Source of the DNA: Acholeplasmatales bacterium | GTDB taxonomy: Bacteria > Bacillota_I > Bacilli_A > Acholeplasmatales > Acholeplasmataceae | Length of the DNA stretch: 64,000 nt | Assembly: GCA_003249785.1 (NCBI GenBank) | Contig: QKIB01000101.1 | Span: 2,970-66,969, forward strand | Direction: 5' to 3' | Made by a program: the position numbers and the translations under genes | Notes under the pieces: model-generated | What the model was told of the DNA's origin: nothing | Database searches by the model: none | The model's input: the letters and a program-made list of their open reading frames with translations, nothing else | Part shown: piece by piece, positions 49,386 through 60,200 of the stretch | Layout: the number at the start of each line of letters is the position of its first letter | Position numbering within the stretch: the stretch's first letter is position 1

Positions 49386-51251
49386 ATGAAAAAGATTAGT
49401 GACCTGACAAAATTCCATGAAGTCCTTAATGATGCACTTTATCAAATGGAAATGGAAGAAGATTTTCCCAATCATTTTTACCAAGCTCTGCTCGCCGGTG
49501 AAAATACAATCTATCAAAAAAACATCTCTGAAACTAAGACATTTCATGAGGATTGGATTGCAACCATCGAATCCTTTTTCCCTAGTTTAGACAAAATTAC
49601 AAGAGATTCCAAATCCGGGTTGAAATACTTACAAGAGATTGTCCCAATTGAAAAAGCCAAGAAAACAAACAGTGATTCTGTTCGTCATTTAGCTTCTCAT
49701 ACGCATATGATCAAAGAAATCAGGGGCGGAGAAGTTATTCCTAAGAAAATCCAGATTACACAAGCAGAAATTGATGTTGCTATTTATGAAAATCGCTTCA
49801 TCATGACTTTAATTAATCGACTATTTAAATTCGTCATGGATCGTTATGAAGTCGTAAAGAATAACGTCAAAGCATATGAACGCAAGCACTTCAATTTGAA
49901 ATCGGCATTTGAAATGCGTGATTCATTAATTGAACTCGATATTGATGTCAATATCAAAGATGAACTCGAGTTTGACAGTGATGGAAAAAGCAATTACAAA
50001 TTATTGAATCGTATTTCAGCTCTGCTGAAAAAAATCAATGGTTTACGCGAAAGTATGTTCATGGAACAACTGAAAAACGCGAAACCAGTCGTACCACCTA
50101 TCATGAAAACATCCATTATTTTGAAGAATGTGGATTACAATAACTGTTATAACCTATGGCTGTTTCTCGATCGATATAGCGTGTTTAACTTTGATGTAGA
50201 CGTCAAGGAACAAAGCTTACCTTTTGATAAGTATTATTTGCGCAATGTTTATCAAACGGCACTCATCAGTTTTTCAACGGTTTATGCAAATCAAGAAGCA
50301 CTTAAAGATATGTATCAATACGTTGATGTTCAAGAATATCGAAAAAGAGCACCTAAATTTGTTAAAAAGAATTTGAAAGATATTGTCAAACAACCAGATC
50401 CAGTCGTTCTAGAAGATACACATATCAGCCAGTACTATCTAGATCAAAGTATTGAAATTTTCAAACAAAGTATTGATAAGTACAATGAAGAATCATCCAG
50501 TTATGATGTGGCATTAAGAAAAGCACTTCGAGATACCATCAGCATCACTAACGCTTTATATGAGAATTATTTCGATTTTAAACCGGAAAAACCATCTCAG
50601 GATCTATTCTTTGAGCGAATGGTCAAGACAGATACAGAAACTGAAGTCACCAAAGCCAAAGACAAAGCACGCGTTGCCAGAATCATTCGTGAAGTCAAGG
50701 AAGTAGACTATAACAACGCAATTCGACTTGAAAAAAGAATGCTTAAAGAAGTCGAACAATTGGATAAGAAACTGGCAAAAGAATTAAAGAGCAAATCCTA
50801 TGATTTGGCTAAGAAGTTAGCGATAGAAGAAAAGATCAGAATTGAAAGAGAAAATCTATCCATCAATCAAGGGATTCTTGAAGATTATCTCAGATTTGTC
50901 GGTGAACAAAAACAAACGCTGAATGACGAACAAAAACAGTTTGTCGTCAAATTGAAAGAAAACGCGCAAAAGATCAAAGAAGAAGAAAAAAAGATCATCG
51001 ATGCTGAAAAGAAAAAAGCAAAAGGTATGTATAATGCCGAAATGAAAAGACTTAAGGCAAAACAAAGAGAAGGCAAAAAGAAAATAGCAGATCAACTCAA
51101 GGCTCAACGTAAGGAACAAAAAGAAAAAATGGCTTTACAAAAGCAAAAAAACAAGAGTGCATCTGCAGATAGAATCGAAAAAGCAAAAGCTAAAATTCAA
51201 AGTGATTATGAGAAAAAGCTTGATGAAGGAAAGAAAAAACTAGAAGTTTAA
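49386..51251 (+). CDS. Cluster 2 gene F: DUF2357 (McrC N-terminal-like) protein with C-terminal K/E-rich coiled coil and no visible nuclease domain
   Basis: IYENRFIMTLI and ILKNVDYNNCYNLW motifs typical of DUF2357; directly after the McrB-like gene; last ~200 aa are K/E/Q-rich and helical. Confidence 0.72.
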   Translation: MKKISDLTKFHEVLNDALYQMEMEEDFPNHFYQALLAGENTIYQKNISETKTFHEDWIATIESFFPSLDKITRDSKSGLKYLQEIVPIEKAKKTNSDSVRHLASHTHMIKEIRGGEVIPKKIQITQAEIDVAIYENRFIMTLINRLFKFVMDRYEVVKNNVKAYERKHFNLKSAFEMRDSLIELDIDVNIKDELEFDSDGKSNYKLLNRISALLKKINGLRESMFMEQLKNAKPVVPPIMKTSIILKNVDYNNCYNLWLFLDRYSVFNFDVDVKEQSLPFDKYYLRNVYQTALISFSTVYANQEALKDMYQYVDVQEYRKRAPKFVKKNLKDIVKQPDPVVLEDTHISQYYLDQSIEIFKQSIDKYNEESSSYDVALRKALRDTISITNALYENYFDFKPEKPSQDLFFERMVKTDTETEVTKAKDKARVARIIREVKEVDYNNAIRLEKRMLKEVEQLDKKLAKELKSKSYDLAKKLAIEEKIRIERENLSINQGILEDYLRFVGEQKQTLNDEQKQFVVKLKENAQKIKEEEKKIIDAEKKKAKGMYNAEMKRLKAKQREGKKKIADQLKAQRKEQKEKMALQKQKNKSASADRIEKAKAKIQSDYEKKLDEGKKKLEV

Positions 51252-51264
51252 AGGTGGTGAAACT

Positions 51265-52017
51265 GTGAAAAATCGTAACAGACAAACATTGAATCGATTG
51301 GTCATGGTTTCAGTCGTCTATTTGGTATTGGCATTGTTTATCTTTACAGTTATTGTCTTTGCATGGTATACATTAACGAATACCAACAAAGCCAATCTGG
51401 TTTCACAGATTTCAGGTGTTGAAGCAGAATATGAATATTATGTCTATCAAGATAGTCTCAAAGATGGAAGTAGTAATCTAACATTGATTGATAATGTCTG
51501 CACAATTGAAGGTGAAGATTTCTGTTATAAGTATATTTCAAATCCAACAGTCAATTATTTGATGCCAGGTTATGCAGCCCCAGGAGAACGATTCTCATTT
51601 GCAATCAAGGTCCGAAACGTTGGATCGACAGAAGGTTTCCTGAAACTAGATTTCTACAGTATTCAGTCTATTGGTTATGACATCATCGAAAACAAGATTC
51701 AACGCGCATATGAGTATCAAGTCGATAAAATATCCTATATTGATGCAGGTGTTGAAACAGCCGACCAGAAAGACACAAACGGCATTGTCTATCACCAGTC
51801 ACATTTTGCTTATGACTATGATAACATCTACAATCTTGTCACCAATGTACCCTTTGGGTACTTAGGAGATTCTAATTCAGTTGTTGTCATTTACTTTTCC
51901 TTATATTTTGATCCAACCATTTATGGGCAAACATCAGAAGGTATATCCTATGAGAACAGCAATATATTCATGAATCAGATTTTTGCAATCAATCATATAT
52001 ATATGACAATCAGTTAA
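51265..52017 (+). CDS. Cluster 2 gene G: SipW-class signal peptide protein
   Basis: VIVFA|WYTLTNTN, APGERFSFAIKVRNVG. Confidence 0.78.
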   Translation: MKNRNRQTLNRLVMVSVVYLVLALFIFTVIVFAWYTLTNTNKANLVSQISGVEAEYEYYVYQDSLKDGSSNLTLIDNVCTIEGEDFCYKYISNPTVNYLMPGYAAPGERFSFAIKVRNVGSTEGFLKLDFYSIQSIGYDIIENKIQRAYEYQVDKISYIDAGVETADQKDTNGIVYHQSHFAYDYDNIYNLVTNVPFGYLGDSNSVVVIYFSLYFDPTIYGQTSEGISYENSNIFMNQIFAINHIYMTIS

Positions 52018-52031
52018 TCAAGGAGTAAAAG

Positions 52032-52709
52032 ATGAAAAAGGTTATCTCCGGTATCATTATCTCATTGACAATGTTAATCTTTGGACTGGCGATATCCATC
52101 ATGTTTTTAGGTGCTTCCGCATATAAGAACAATACGTTGTTTTACATTTTCAATTATTCGTTTTCCATCGTTCCTACGGAATCCATGATTGGAGATGCTC
52201 CGGATTCATTGGATCCAGGAGATGTTGCCATTATTGAGAATGTCCCATTTGAAGATATCAAAGTTGGTGATGTTATTGTCTTCCAGGATCGTGTCAGTAT
52301 CAATAACGTTCCAACGAATATTTTAATCATTCACCGTGTCATCGAGATTCAAAGCGATGGATCATTGAGAACGAAGGGGGATAATCCCTTAAACACTCCA
52401 GATCCTCATCCAGTAACTGCAGACAGTTACCAAGGAAAAATGATATCTAAAGTAACAACTTTGAAACCAGTTGTTAATCTCATGATTAATGACAAGAGTT
52501 TGATTTTTCTTGCATTAACTGCAGTACTTGTCATCCTTCTCATCCTTGAACTTGCGCATATGTATCGTAACATTAGTGATCATAAAAAGGAACAAATGAA
52601 GCAAGCACATGAACAAGAATTGGAGTCTTTAAAACAAATTGAGCACGAAAAGATCTATCAAGAAATCCTAAATGAGGAAAAAGAGAAGAATGAAAGTCAA
52701 AACAAGTAG
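52032..52709 (+). CDS. sipW: Cluster 2 gene H: second SipW-type signal peptidase I
   Basis: IVPTESM, PGDVAI, GDVIVF, IIHRVI and TKGDN motifs; C-terminal TM and charged tail. Confidence 0.87.
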   Translation: MKKVISGIIISLTMLIFGLAISIMFLGASAYKNNTLFYIFNYSFSIVPTESMIGDAPDSLDPGDVAIIENVPFEDIKVGDVIVFQDRVSINNVPTNILIIHRVIEIQSDGSLRTKGDNPLNTPDPHPVTADSYQGKMISKVTTLKPVVNLMINDKSLIFLALTAVLVILLILELAHMYRNISDHKKEQMKQAHEQELESLKQIEHEKIYQEILNEEKEKNESQNK

Positions 52710-52715
52710 CTTTCA

Positions 52716-52744
52716 TTGACAATGGTTTGAATATCAAGTATAAT
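52716..52744 (+). promoter_or_regulatory. Perfect-consensus sigma70 promoter for genes I-J-K
   Basis: TTGACA (52716-52721), 17 nt spacer, TATAAT (52739-52744). Confidence 0.88.
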
Positions 52745-52774
52745 TGAATCAGAGATAATATATATAATATATTA

Positions 52775-52871
52775 TAATATGGGCAAAGCTAGGGTAACCT
52801 AGTGACGCAAAGCTATAGGGCCTAAATTAGGTAGCCAGTTGCATCTCGAAAGAGATATGACTGGCTTTTTG
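52775..52871 (+). ncRNA. c-di-GMP-I (GEMM-I) riboswitch (single, canonical G20/C92) with overlapping terminator
   Basis: GGGCAAA-GCTAGG-GTAA-CCTAGT-GACGCAAAGCTATAGGGCCTAAATTAGGTAGCCAGTTGC; terminator AGCCAGT..ATCTC-gaaa-GAGAT..ACTGGCT-TTTT. Confidence 0.92.
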
Positions 52872-52895
52872 ATTTTTTGTAAAGGAGGCAAGCAG

Positions 52896-53564
52896 ATGAA
52901 AAAAAGAATGAAGATTAAAATTACATCATTAATCACTGTCATCATTCTGATGATGTCTATTCCAACCGTAGCTTACGCTTGGATGACTTATGTCGAGCAA
53001 AAATCGCTTGTCACCATTACAACAGGCGAAATCAATGTCACGACTTACGCCAATGAACAAGTTACCGTCAGTGACATTAACCTTGAAGATCTCGCTTATA
53101 TCGATTACCAAAAAGACTTCATCGACAATGAAAGTGGTAGTCTTGATCTCATGGCATCTAGTTTGCGGATCGACTTAGTTGCATCACTAGATTCAGTAGC
53201 CATCAAACATCAAATACAGTTAATCAATACATCCAGCCAGCCTGGACTTTTGTATATTATCATCTATGAAGGTATTAACATTGATGAGCAAGTTGGCATT
53301 TCAACTAATTACTATCAAAGAGTTTCTGCAATCATCAGTAGTCTATCGACCAAGCAAGAGCAACTTGATGCACTATCTGCATACAACCAAAGTGTCTTAG
53401 ATCAAATGTATCAGGCAGTGATGAATGCCGGTGATGATCTGACTTTTCAAGTGGTTTTCTGGGGAGATCATGACGATGCACCAGATCCTGAAGCTTATTT
53501 GAACCAAGTCTATAGTTTCACGATGATTCTTGATATCGTGAACTCGAAAGGCGAGGTGTCGTAA
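52896..53564 (+). CDS. Cluster 2 gene I: SipW-class signal peptide protein
   Basis: TVAYA|WMTYV, VFWGDHD; start moved to ATG 52896 (RBS AAAGGAGG). Confidence 0.78.
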   Translation: MKKRMKIKITSLITVIILMMSIPTVAYAWMTYVEQKSLVTITTGEINVTTYANEQVTVSDINLEDLAYIDYQKDFIDNESGSLDLMASSLRIDLVASLDSVAIKHQIQLINTSSQPGLLYIIIYEGINIDEQVGISTNYYQRVSAIISSLSTKQEQLDALSAYNQSVLDQMYQAVMNAGDDLTFQVVFWGDHDDAPDPEAYLNQVYSFTMILDIVNSKGEVS

Positions 53565-53565
53565 G

Positions 53566-54249
53566 ATGTTCCAAGCCTTAAGATCCAAGATTGTCCTTTC
53601 GCTCACCTTGTTCACCTTGGTGTTTGCAACAACCTTTGTCATTGTTTATGCCTATTTTCAAATTCAAGAACAACGTGGCATTATGATTGAAACAGGTGAT
53701 TTCCAAGTCGAGATGCTTGCCTATTTCAATACCACACTTGTTGATGTCAATAGTCCATATTATGATGCACAAACTGGAACTTTGATTGTCAACGCAGATG
53801 ATCCGCTTTCCATGAATTATGTTGGGAACTTGAGTGTATCATTTAATGTAACATCCATTGTCGCTTCAAGAATGCGAATCAAGCTACAGGAAGAGTGGAC
53901 ATTGACCAGACATTATTTGGATCAGAATCCACTCTATCCGATTCCTGATGTGGTCGAATCCGTTTATTCTTCCAATCATGGAGCATTATACTACCCGTTC
54001 TCATTACTGAAGGTCACACAATCCTATGTACCAATTTATACGATCGATGGCTATGCTTATTACCCTGATGTGATTCCTAAAGGAAGCGCCAACCTCATTA
54101 GCTTTATTATTGGTGGAGATCCATATCCTGTACGGAATAACGAAGTTTTTGTTGAAACTTGCGCATTACATTTGAATGTTCTTGTGGACATTGTACAAGC
54201 AAACAGATTCTCAGAAGTATGGAATATTGATCCAACATTCTTTAACTAA
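53566..54249 (+). CDS. Cluster 2 gene J: SipW-class signal peptide protein (BsaA/camelysin-like)
   Basis: VIVYA|YFQI, RMRIKLQEEW and VDIVQANRF. Confidence 0.75.
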   Translation: MFQALRSKIVLSLTLFTLVFATTFVIVYAYFQIQEQRGIMIETGDFQVEMLAYFNTTLVDVNSPYYDAQTGTLIVNADDPLSMNYVGNLSVSFNVTSIVASRMRIKLQEEWTLTRHYLDQNPLYPIPDVVESVYSSNHGALYYPFSLLKVTQSYVPIYTIDGYAYYPDVIPKGSANLISFIIGGDPYPVRNNEVFVETCALHLNVLVDIVQANRFSEVWNIDPTFFN

Positions 54250-54275
54250 TTAAACATTTGAAAAGGGGTGAAGAT

Positions 54276-57200
54276 ATGAAAAGAATCATGATTCAGAAAA
54301 TCGTATTGTTCTTTTTTGTCTTTGCTTCTTTCTTTATTGCCTTAAATTGGATTGGTTTTACAGATATTAAAGGATTTGATTATCAGGTTTCCAGTTCATG
54401 GAAAGGTCATGATTTAGGGTTCACTCCACAAGAGGATGTGCTTTATGACAGTAACTATCGTCAATTTTCTACGATCATTGATGATGTCTATTTGGTTGAC
54501 CCAAGCAAAATTTATGTTATTGAAACTGCATATGACCTTTATTATTTCTCAGAATTAGCCAAAGGTCCTGATAAGAGCACCTATCTATCTTTGAATTATG
54601 TACTTGGAGCCAATATTGATTACTATGATATCGTTCAACAAAACATTACGTATCGTTTCAGTCCAATTGGTTTTGTCGAACCTTTTTCTGGAACCTTCGA
54701 TGGGCAAGGTTATGAAATTACCAATTTATTTTTCCATTCCATTCTTTTTGAAGATGACTATGACAATAACTATGCTGGGTTGAGATTTACAGCTATGTTT
54801 TCTAAAGTCTCATCAACTGGTGTGATCAAGAACCTTGGACTGATTAATCCGATCATCATTCAGCCAATTGAATGGGGTATTATGGATCATGTTGCATCAC
54901 TGGTTGGTGAAAACAATGGACTTGTTGAAAACACATACATGATTGATACCCGAGGTAGTGCTTCCGGATTTAGTGTTGAAGGACAATTCAGACTCTCTGG
55001 TCTGGTTTCTATCAATAATGGAACCATCAATGACAGTTTTGTTGCTGCACCACATATTCGATCCAATGCGGTTGTTAACAATCTTTCAACCAACGCGGTC
55101 ATTTATGGCAATTTTGGAACCATTAATCATGTTTACTATGATGCATCAATCTATATTGACTCGGATGCCGTGACTGCACCTGCAACAGGATTGGTTACTT
55201 CTGAATTCCAGAATCATACCAATTTCTCCTCGGATTGGTACTTCAATGATTCGTATTTAGATCTCGCAAGTCAACCTAGTCAGGAAAGTCTAGCCACTTT
55301 AGAAAATACGTATCCAATTTTACAAGGATTAACCGTGAACAATGGTGTTTTGGAAATAGAAAACGCTGTTGATTTTGTCTATATGAATCAGTTATTATCT
55401 GTATCTGGTTTATTTAGATCCAGTCATTATGAGATTACCTATGATATCGATATGAATCAAGTTTCAAGAATTGCATATCAGGCTGCGAGTGTCGGATTCA
55501 ATGGTATCTTATCGAGTTCTGTGGTAACTCCAGAAACCATTCTTTATGATCGAAACATCGATCAAGGCGGAGATATATCTTATCATTCGATTATAGATTT
55601 AAAGATTGAATCTGCTTCTGCAGTTGGCAATTTTTCAAGTTATGCTTTATTTACATCACTCTTTGGAACCGTTGAAAACATCAATTTCATCAACTTCCAA
55701 ATATCAACACCTGATCTAGAAGATCAAGTCAATAAAACGAAAGTAGAAATTGGTTTTATCGCCGGCTTGATGAGTCTTGGAACCATTTCAAATGTTCACG
55801 TTCAAGGTGATTTAACTGTCAGTTCAACTGTCAGTCCTATGACCAAACTCTATGTTGGTGGTCTTGTTGGAGAAGCAAGTGGTACATTAGATACCGTATC
55901 GACACATGGTACCATCACACAAGGTATACAGGATTACTTAGTTAAGAGTAATGAAAGTGCGACAGGTGGATTGGTTGGTAAATCCAATGGGTTATCATTG
56001 AATCGCGTCATGAACGCCAATGATATCACTGGTCAAGGTTATCTTGCTGCAAATACCGCAACCTATTATATTGGCGGACTCGTTGGTTATGGTGATCTTC
56101 ATACCATGACAAAGGCAGTCAATGCTGGGTATATCCATACATCTGCTGACCCTGCATATATGAGTACTATTCATGCAGGTGGCATTATTGGAGAACAGAC
56201 CAATCAAATGGGAATCATATCACAAGTCTATAATGATGGACATGTCGATGTGATTGCTAATCAGGTCTTTGACATGACTTTAGCGGGATATGGCTATGTT
56301 AATGGTATTGCTTCAGACCCTGATGCACACTATGAATTCTATAGCATTACCAATGATGGTCGTCTTAGAATTACACAACCTAACAACCCAGTCTATTCTG
56401 ATGTTGAACTTGCACAGATTCAAGCAAATGTTAGTGGTGTCATCATTGCCGATTCGATTGATGGTGCATTTTATGGTTTGTTTAATGAAAGTGATTTCTC
56501 GATCGATTATGCTTATTTAAATACGTATGCTGGAACATTATCTTTATCAAACTCAACAGATTCTAGTGTGATACAAGCCTATAATACAGGTCATATCACA
56601 TTGATCAGTTCCAATACAATCACACATGATCTTGTTAAAGTTTCAGGTAACATTCTTGGCCAAAACATGAGTATGGAACAGATCAGAAATGAAGGCAATA
56701 TCGCAATTGAATTTGATCACAATACCAATTTCTCATCTGGAAACCTTTATGTTTATGGTTTGTTCGAATCGATTGATCAAGGATTTACTGCCCAAAATGG
56801 GTATAATGGTGGCAACATTACCATCGCACAAGATTTGGCAACAACGTTGAATTACACTGTATATGCGAGTGGACTAGGCTATCGGAATTCCAATACAGAT
56901 TATTTCTTAGAAAACAATATTGATCCAACAAGCATTGATATCTCAGATATCATTGGATCTATGGATAATTTCATCAATAACGGTAATGTGATAATTGATG
57001 GTGCCTTTGGAGGCAATACACTTGCTTCAGGCGCACTTGTCATCAATGAATCATCAGTAACATCTGTTGTTAATTTAGGAAATATCAGCAATAAAAATGA
57101 TATCACATTAGCAAATGGTAGAGTGGAATCTGCAGGTATTGCCAATCTAATGATTGGCCAATATGCACGTATCAAGGATTCTGCCAATAATGGAACGATT

Positions 57201-60200
57201 ACTGCTGTATCAACAACAAGCAATGGTTACTTGATTGCATCTGGACTCGTTGGAAGAAACGACCTTTTAGAAAATGGTTCAAGTGTTACCAGTGGATCTT
57301 TACACAAATATGCAAAAATCATGTTCTCCATCAATTATGGGGATGTTTATGCTTATAGCAATGTTGATGAATCCAGCTATACGATTACTATGGAAACCAG
57401 AAGCAAGGCGTCTGGAATGCTTGCTGAAGGGTTCTTATCCATCGTCGATGTCATTAATTATGGCAATATCTATTCTAAATATTTAGCCAGTGGCATCATC
57501 GGTTACATCACTTTAGATAAATTTGGAACGATTACTGCAAATCAAGTTTATCTTGCCAATATCGTCAATTACGGAAAGATTAGAGAAATCACTGCTTATG
57601 ATGGGTCGTATACGATTGACATGAATGTCTTTCCTTCACATATGGTCTATAATGCATTTGGCACGTTCATTGGTAAATTCCAGACCGGGACAACCACGTG
57701 GGAATTTTTATCCTTGTCTACATACGCTCTTTATCCTATCGATTTGATCAATTTCGGATATTATATCAACTTTGATAATTTGGGGAATCTATTGGGCAGT
57801 GCTCCTGATTTAACATTGGATTCACATTTGACTGAAAATGGTGAAGGTGCAGAACTATTGACAGCCATTCTTGACCAAATGGCAACCATCAAATCGGGTG
57901 ATTCCTCAGTGAATCCTTTTAATTCATTCATTCTCGGTGTGTTCCCCCACTTGGCGGATTATGGTAAAGTGATTCCTTCGTATACTTTAGATGAATCACA
58001 AACCGGTATTTTCTATGAAAACTTTATTTTTAGAAATCCTCCAGTGAGTTATTATGGAACCGATCAGTATTTGAAGAACTACTTTGAATACATTCCAAGA
58101 GAAAAAGTCAGTGATTATCTTTTAACTAAAATTGAAACAGATACAACTAATATTTATACTGGCATCTATGTGCTTGCAAGTAGCAGCGGAGTTGGGAATG
58201 GTATCTATATTCCTGATCATATTGATCTTGATGCCTTAAACCCACAACTACTAGATTCAGAACCAGATACAACCTGGTTAGGTGTTGATACAGATCCAAC
58301 TGCAGTTATTTATAAGTTAACAGTTGAAATGCGTCAGATTAAAGCATCTTATGCGACAACGATCTATGATTTATCTATATCACAAGTGGATGTCAATGGT
58401 GATCCAATCACTAATGGACTCACATTGCAAAAGCCTGTAATTGATGAAGCACGTGGTCTGATCACTTATTATCTACCAAGCAATGCTTCCATCATTTCAG
58501 GATTATCCAGTTACCAGATTCAAGCATATGGATTTGTTGAAGCCGCTTATGGTATCGGACATATGATTCCTAATTTCTATGAGAACGGCGCATGGAGTTA
58601 TAAATGGGTCGGTGATTTCAAGAAAGTCGGCGAAGACTATATTCCAATTGGTCCTTACAATACAACTGGTAACCGTAACGTGACCTATAGTACAACCACT
58701 GAATTCATTACTAGTAAAAACAGAAGTGATAGCGTTCCTGCAGCGGTTTATGACATGTATACCACTGATAGTGGTGCATATATCCCTGCTGTTTACGTTC
58801 ATTTACCACACATCAAAGAATATACAACTGCCAACAACTATTGGTGGAGACAAACAGGTTATCTCGCTGAATCCGCAACAACAACAGCTGCTGGATATGG
58901 TGCTTATAAGATTATCGTTCCAACACCACCACCAACATATCCTGTGGTTTATGAGTATGTTGGACCAAGCACAGAACTTGTAACTTATGTTTCTACTGCA
59001 TTAGAAGGTATAGGAGATATCACGATTTATGATGATGCTGGTGTTTACTTCCAGCCCAATATGGATCCATCGACTTATGAGCTTGCTTCAGGTGCAACAT
59101 TCTATGATAATGGATCAACTGATATCACATCAGCAACTATTCCTTTATCTTATGGTATTTATGACACTTATTATGATGGAGCAACTGGAAGTTTGATTGA
59201 TCGATTGTCTGATCACTATGGTAGTATTCGAGTTTATTCAGCAAATTATGATGCACTCAATCCAGCGACTTATCGTGATTATGAAATTCGTATCATTCGT
59301 ACAGCAGATGAAAGTCTAACTGCAATTGATGCACTTTATATCAATGGTGTGACTGCAATGCCAACCATAACTGACTTCAGAAATGTGACGGCAAATCAGA
59401 GTCTCTATTATACATCTGATGGTATTAATGGTGTCATGAGTATTACATACAGCACACTTAATATTTCGAATTATTACAATGTGATTCCTTTGATTTCTGT
59501 CTTTGATAATAATACTGGAGTCAAAGTCACAACCTCATTGTATAGGCTTCATAAGGGCATTGTTGAAACAGATAATGCATTTAATAACTTGGATGGAACC
59601 TGGGGAACTGGATCTGTTACCTTTGATTTTGAAGTCACTGATTTATTACCTAGTGGCGACTATCGTCTTGAACTTGAACTTGTTACAGGTGAAACTGCCA
59701 TCGTTCATTTTACCAAGATGCAGAGTGCAGATGGATTCCTATTGAATGTCGAATTTGATGGTGATATTTTAGAACCTATCGGCACAACCATCGCGTCAAC
59801 AGTTCCTTTCGGCATGTATTATAATCCTGCTGATCCAATGACTGAAATGATGAATTTCACCAATGTATTCACACTTTCAAATATCAGCTATGATGCATTG
59901 ACAGGATCCAACATTCCTGATTACTTGACATCGATTGAGATTTCACCGTTTGCAACCTTAGTTTCAATGGGCTTTTCTGTATCAATGATTGACAGCTATA
60001 GACATGAATACATCATCAGTTATGTCATTGAAGCAGAAGATGGAACACTTTATACCTATGACCACATTCTAGATGAAGCAGTCGTTTCAGCAACACCGCT
60101 TCATGTCTACCAAAATGGTGGCGAAGTGGATCAGCCGTTTACTTATCTGTCCATTCCTTATAATGATTCTCCGACGATTCGTGTGGAGTTTGCTTTTGAT

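Noticed and set aside
47832-51251. Calling the pair a conventional type IV McrBC restriction system
   Set aside because: No DNA-recognition domain, a membrane anchor, no visible nuclease motif, and the McrB-like gene sits inside the pilin operon in both copies. Kept only as an alternative hypothesis.
52755-52780. AT-only quasi-palindrome (ATAATATATATAATATATTATAATAT) before riboswitch 4
   Set aside because: Low complexity; cannot be distinguished from background or assigned as an operator.
52839-52895. N-terminal extension of ORF 52839..53564
   Set aside because: Lies within the riboswitch terminator; the AAAGGAGG RBS points to ATG 52896.
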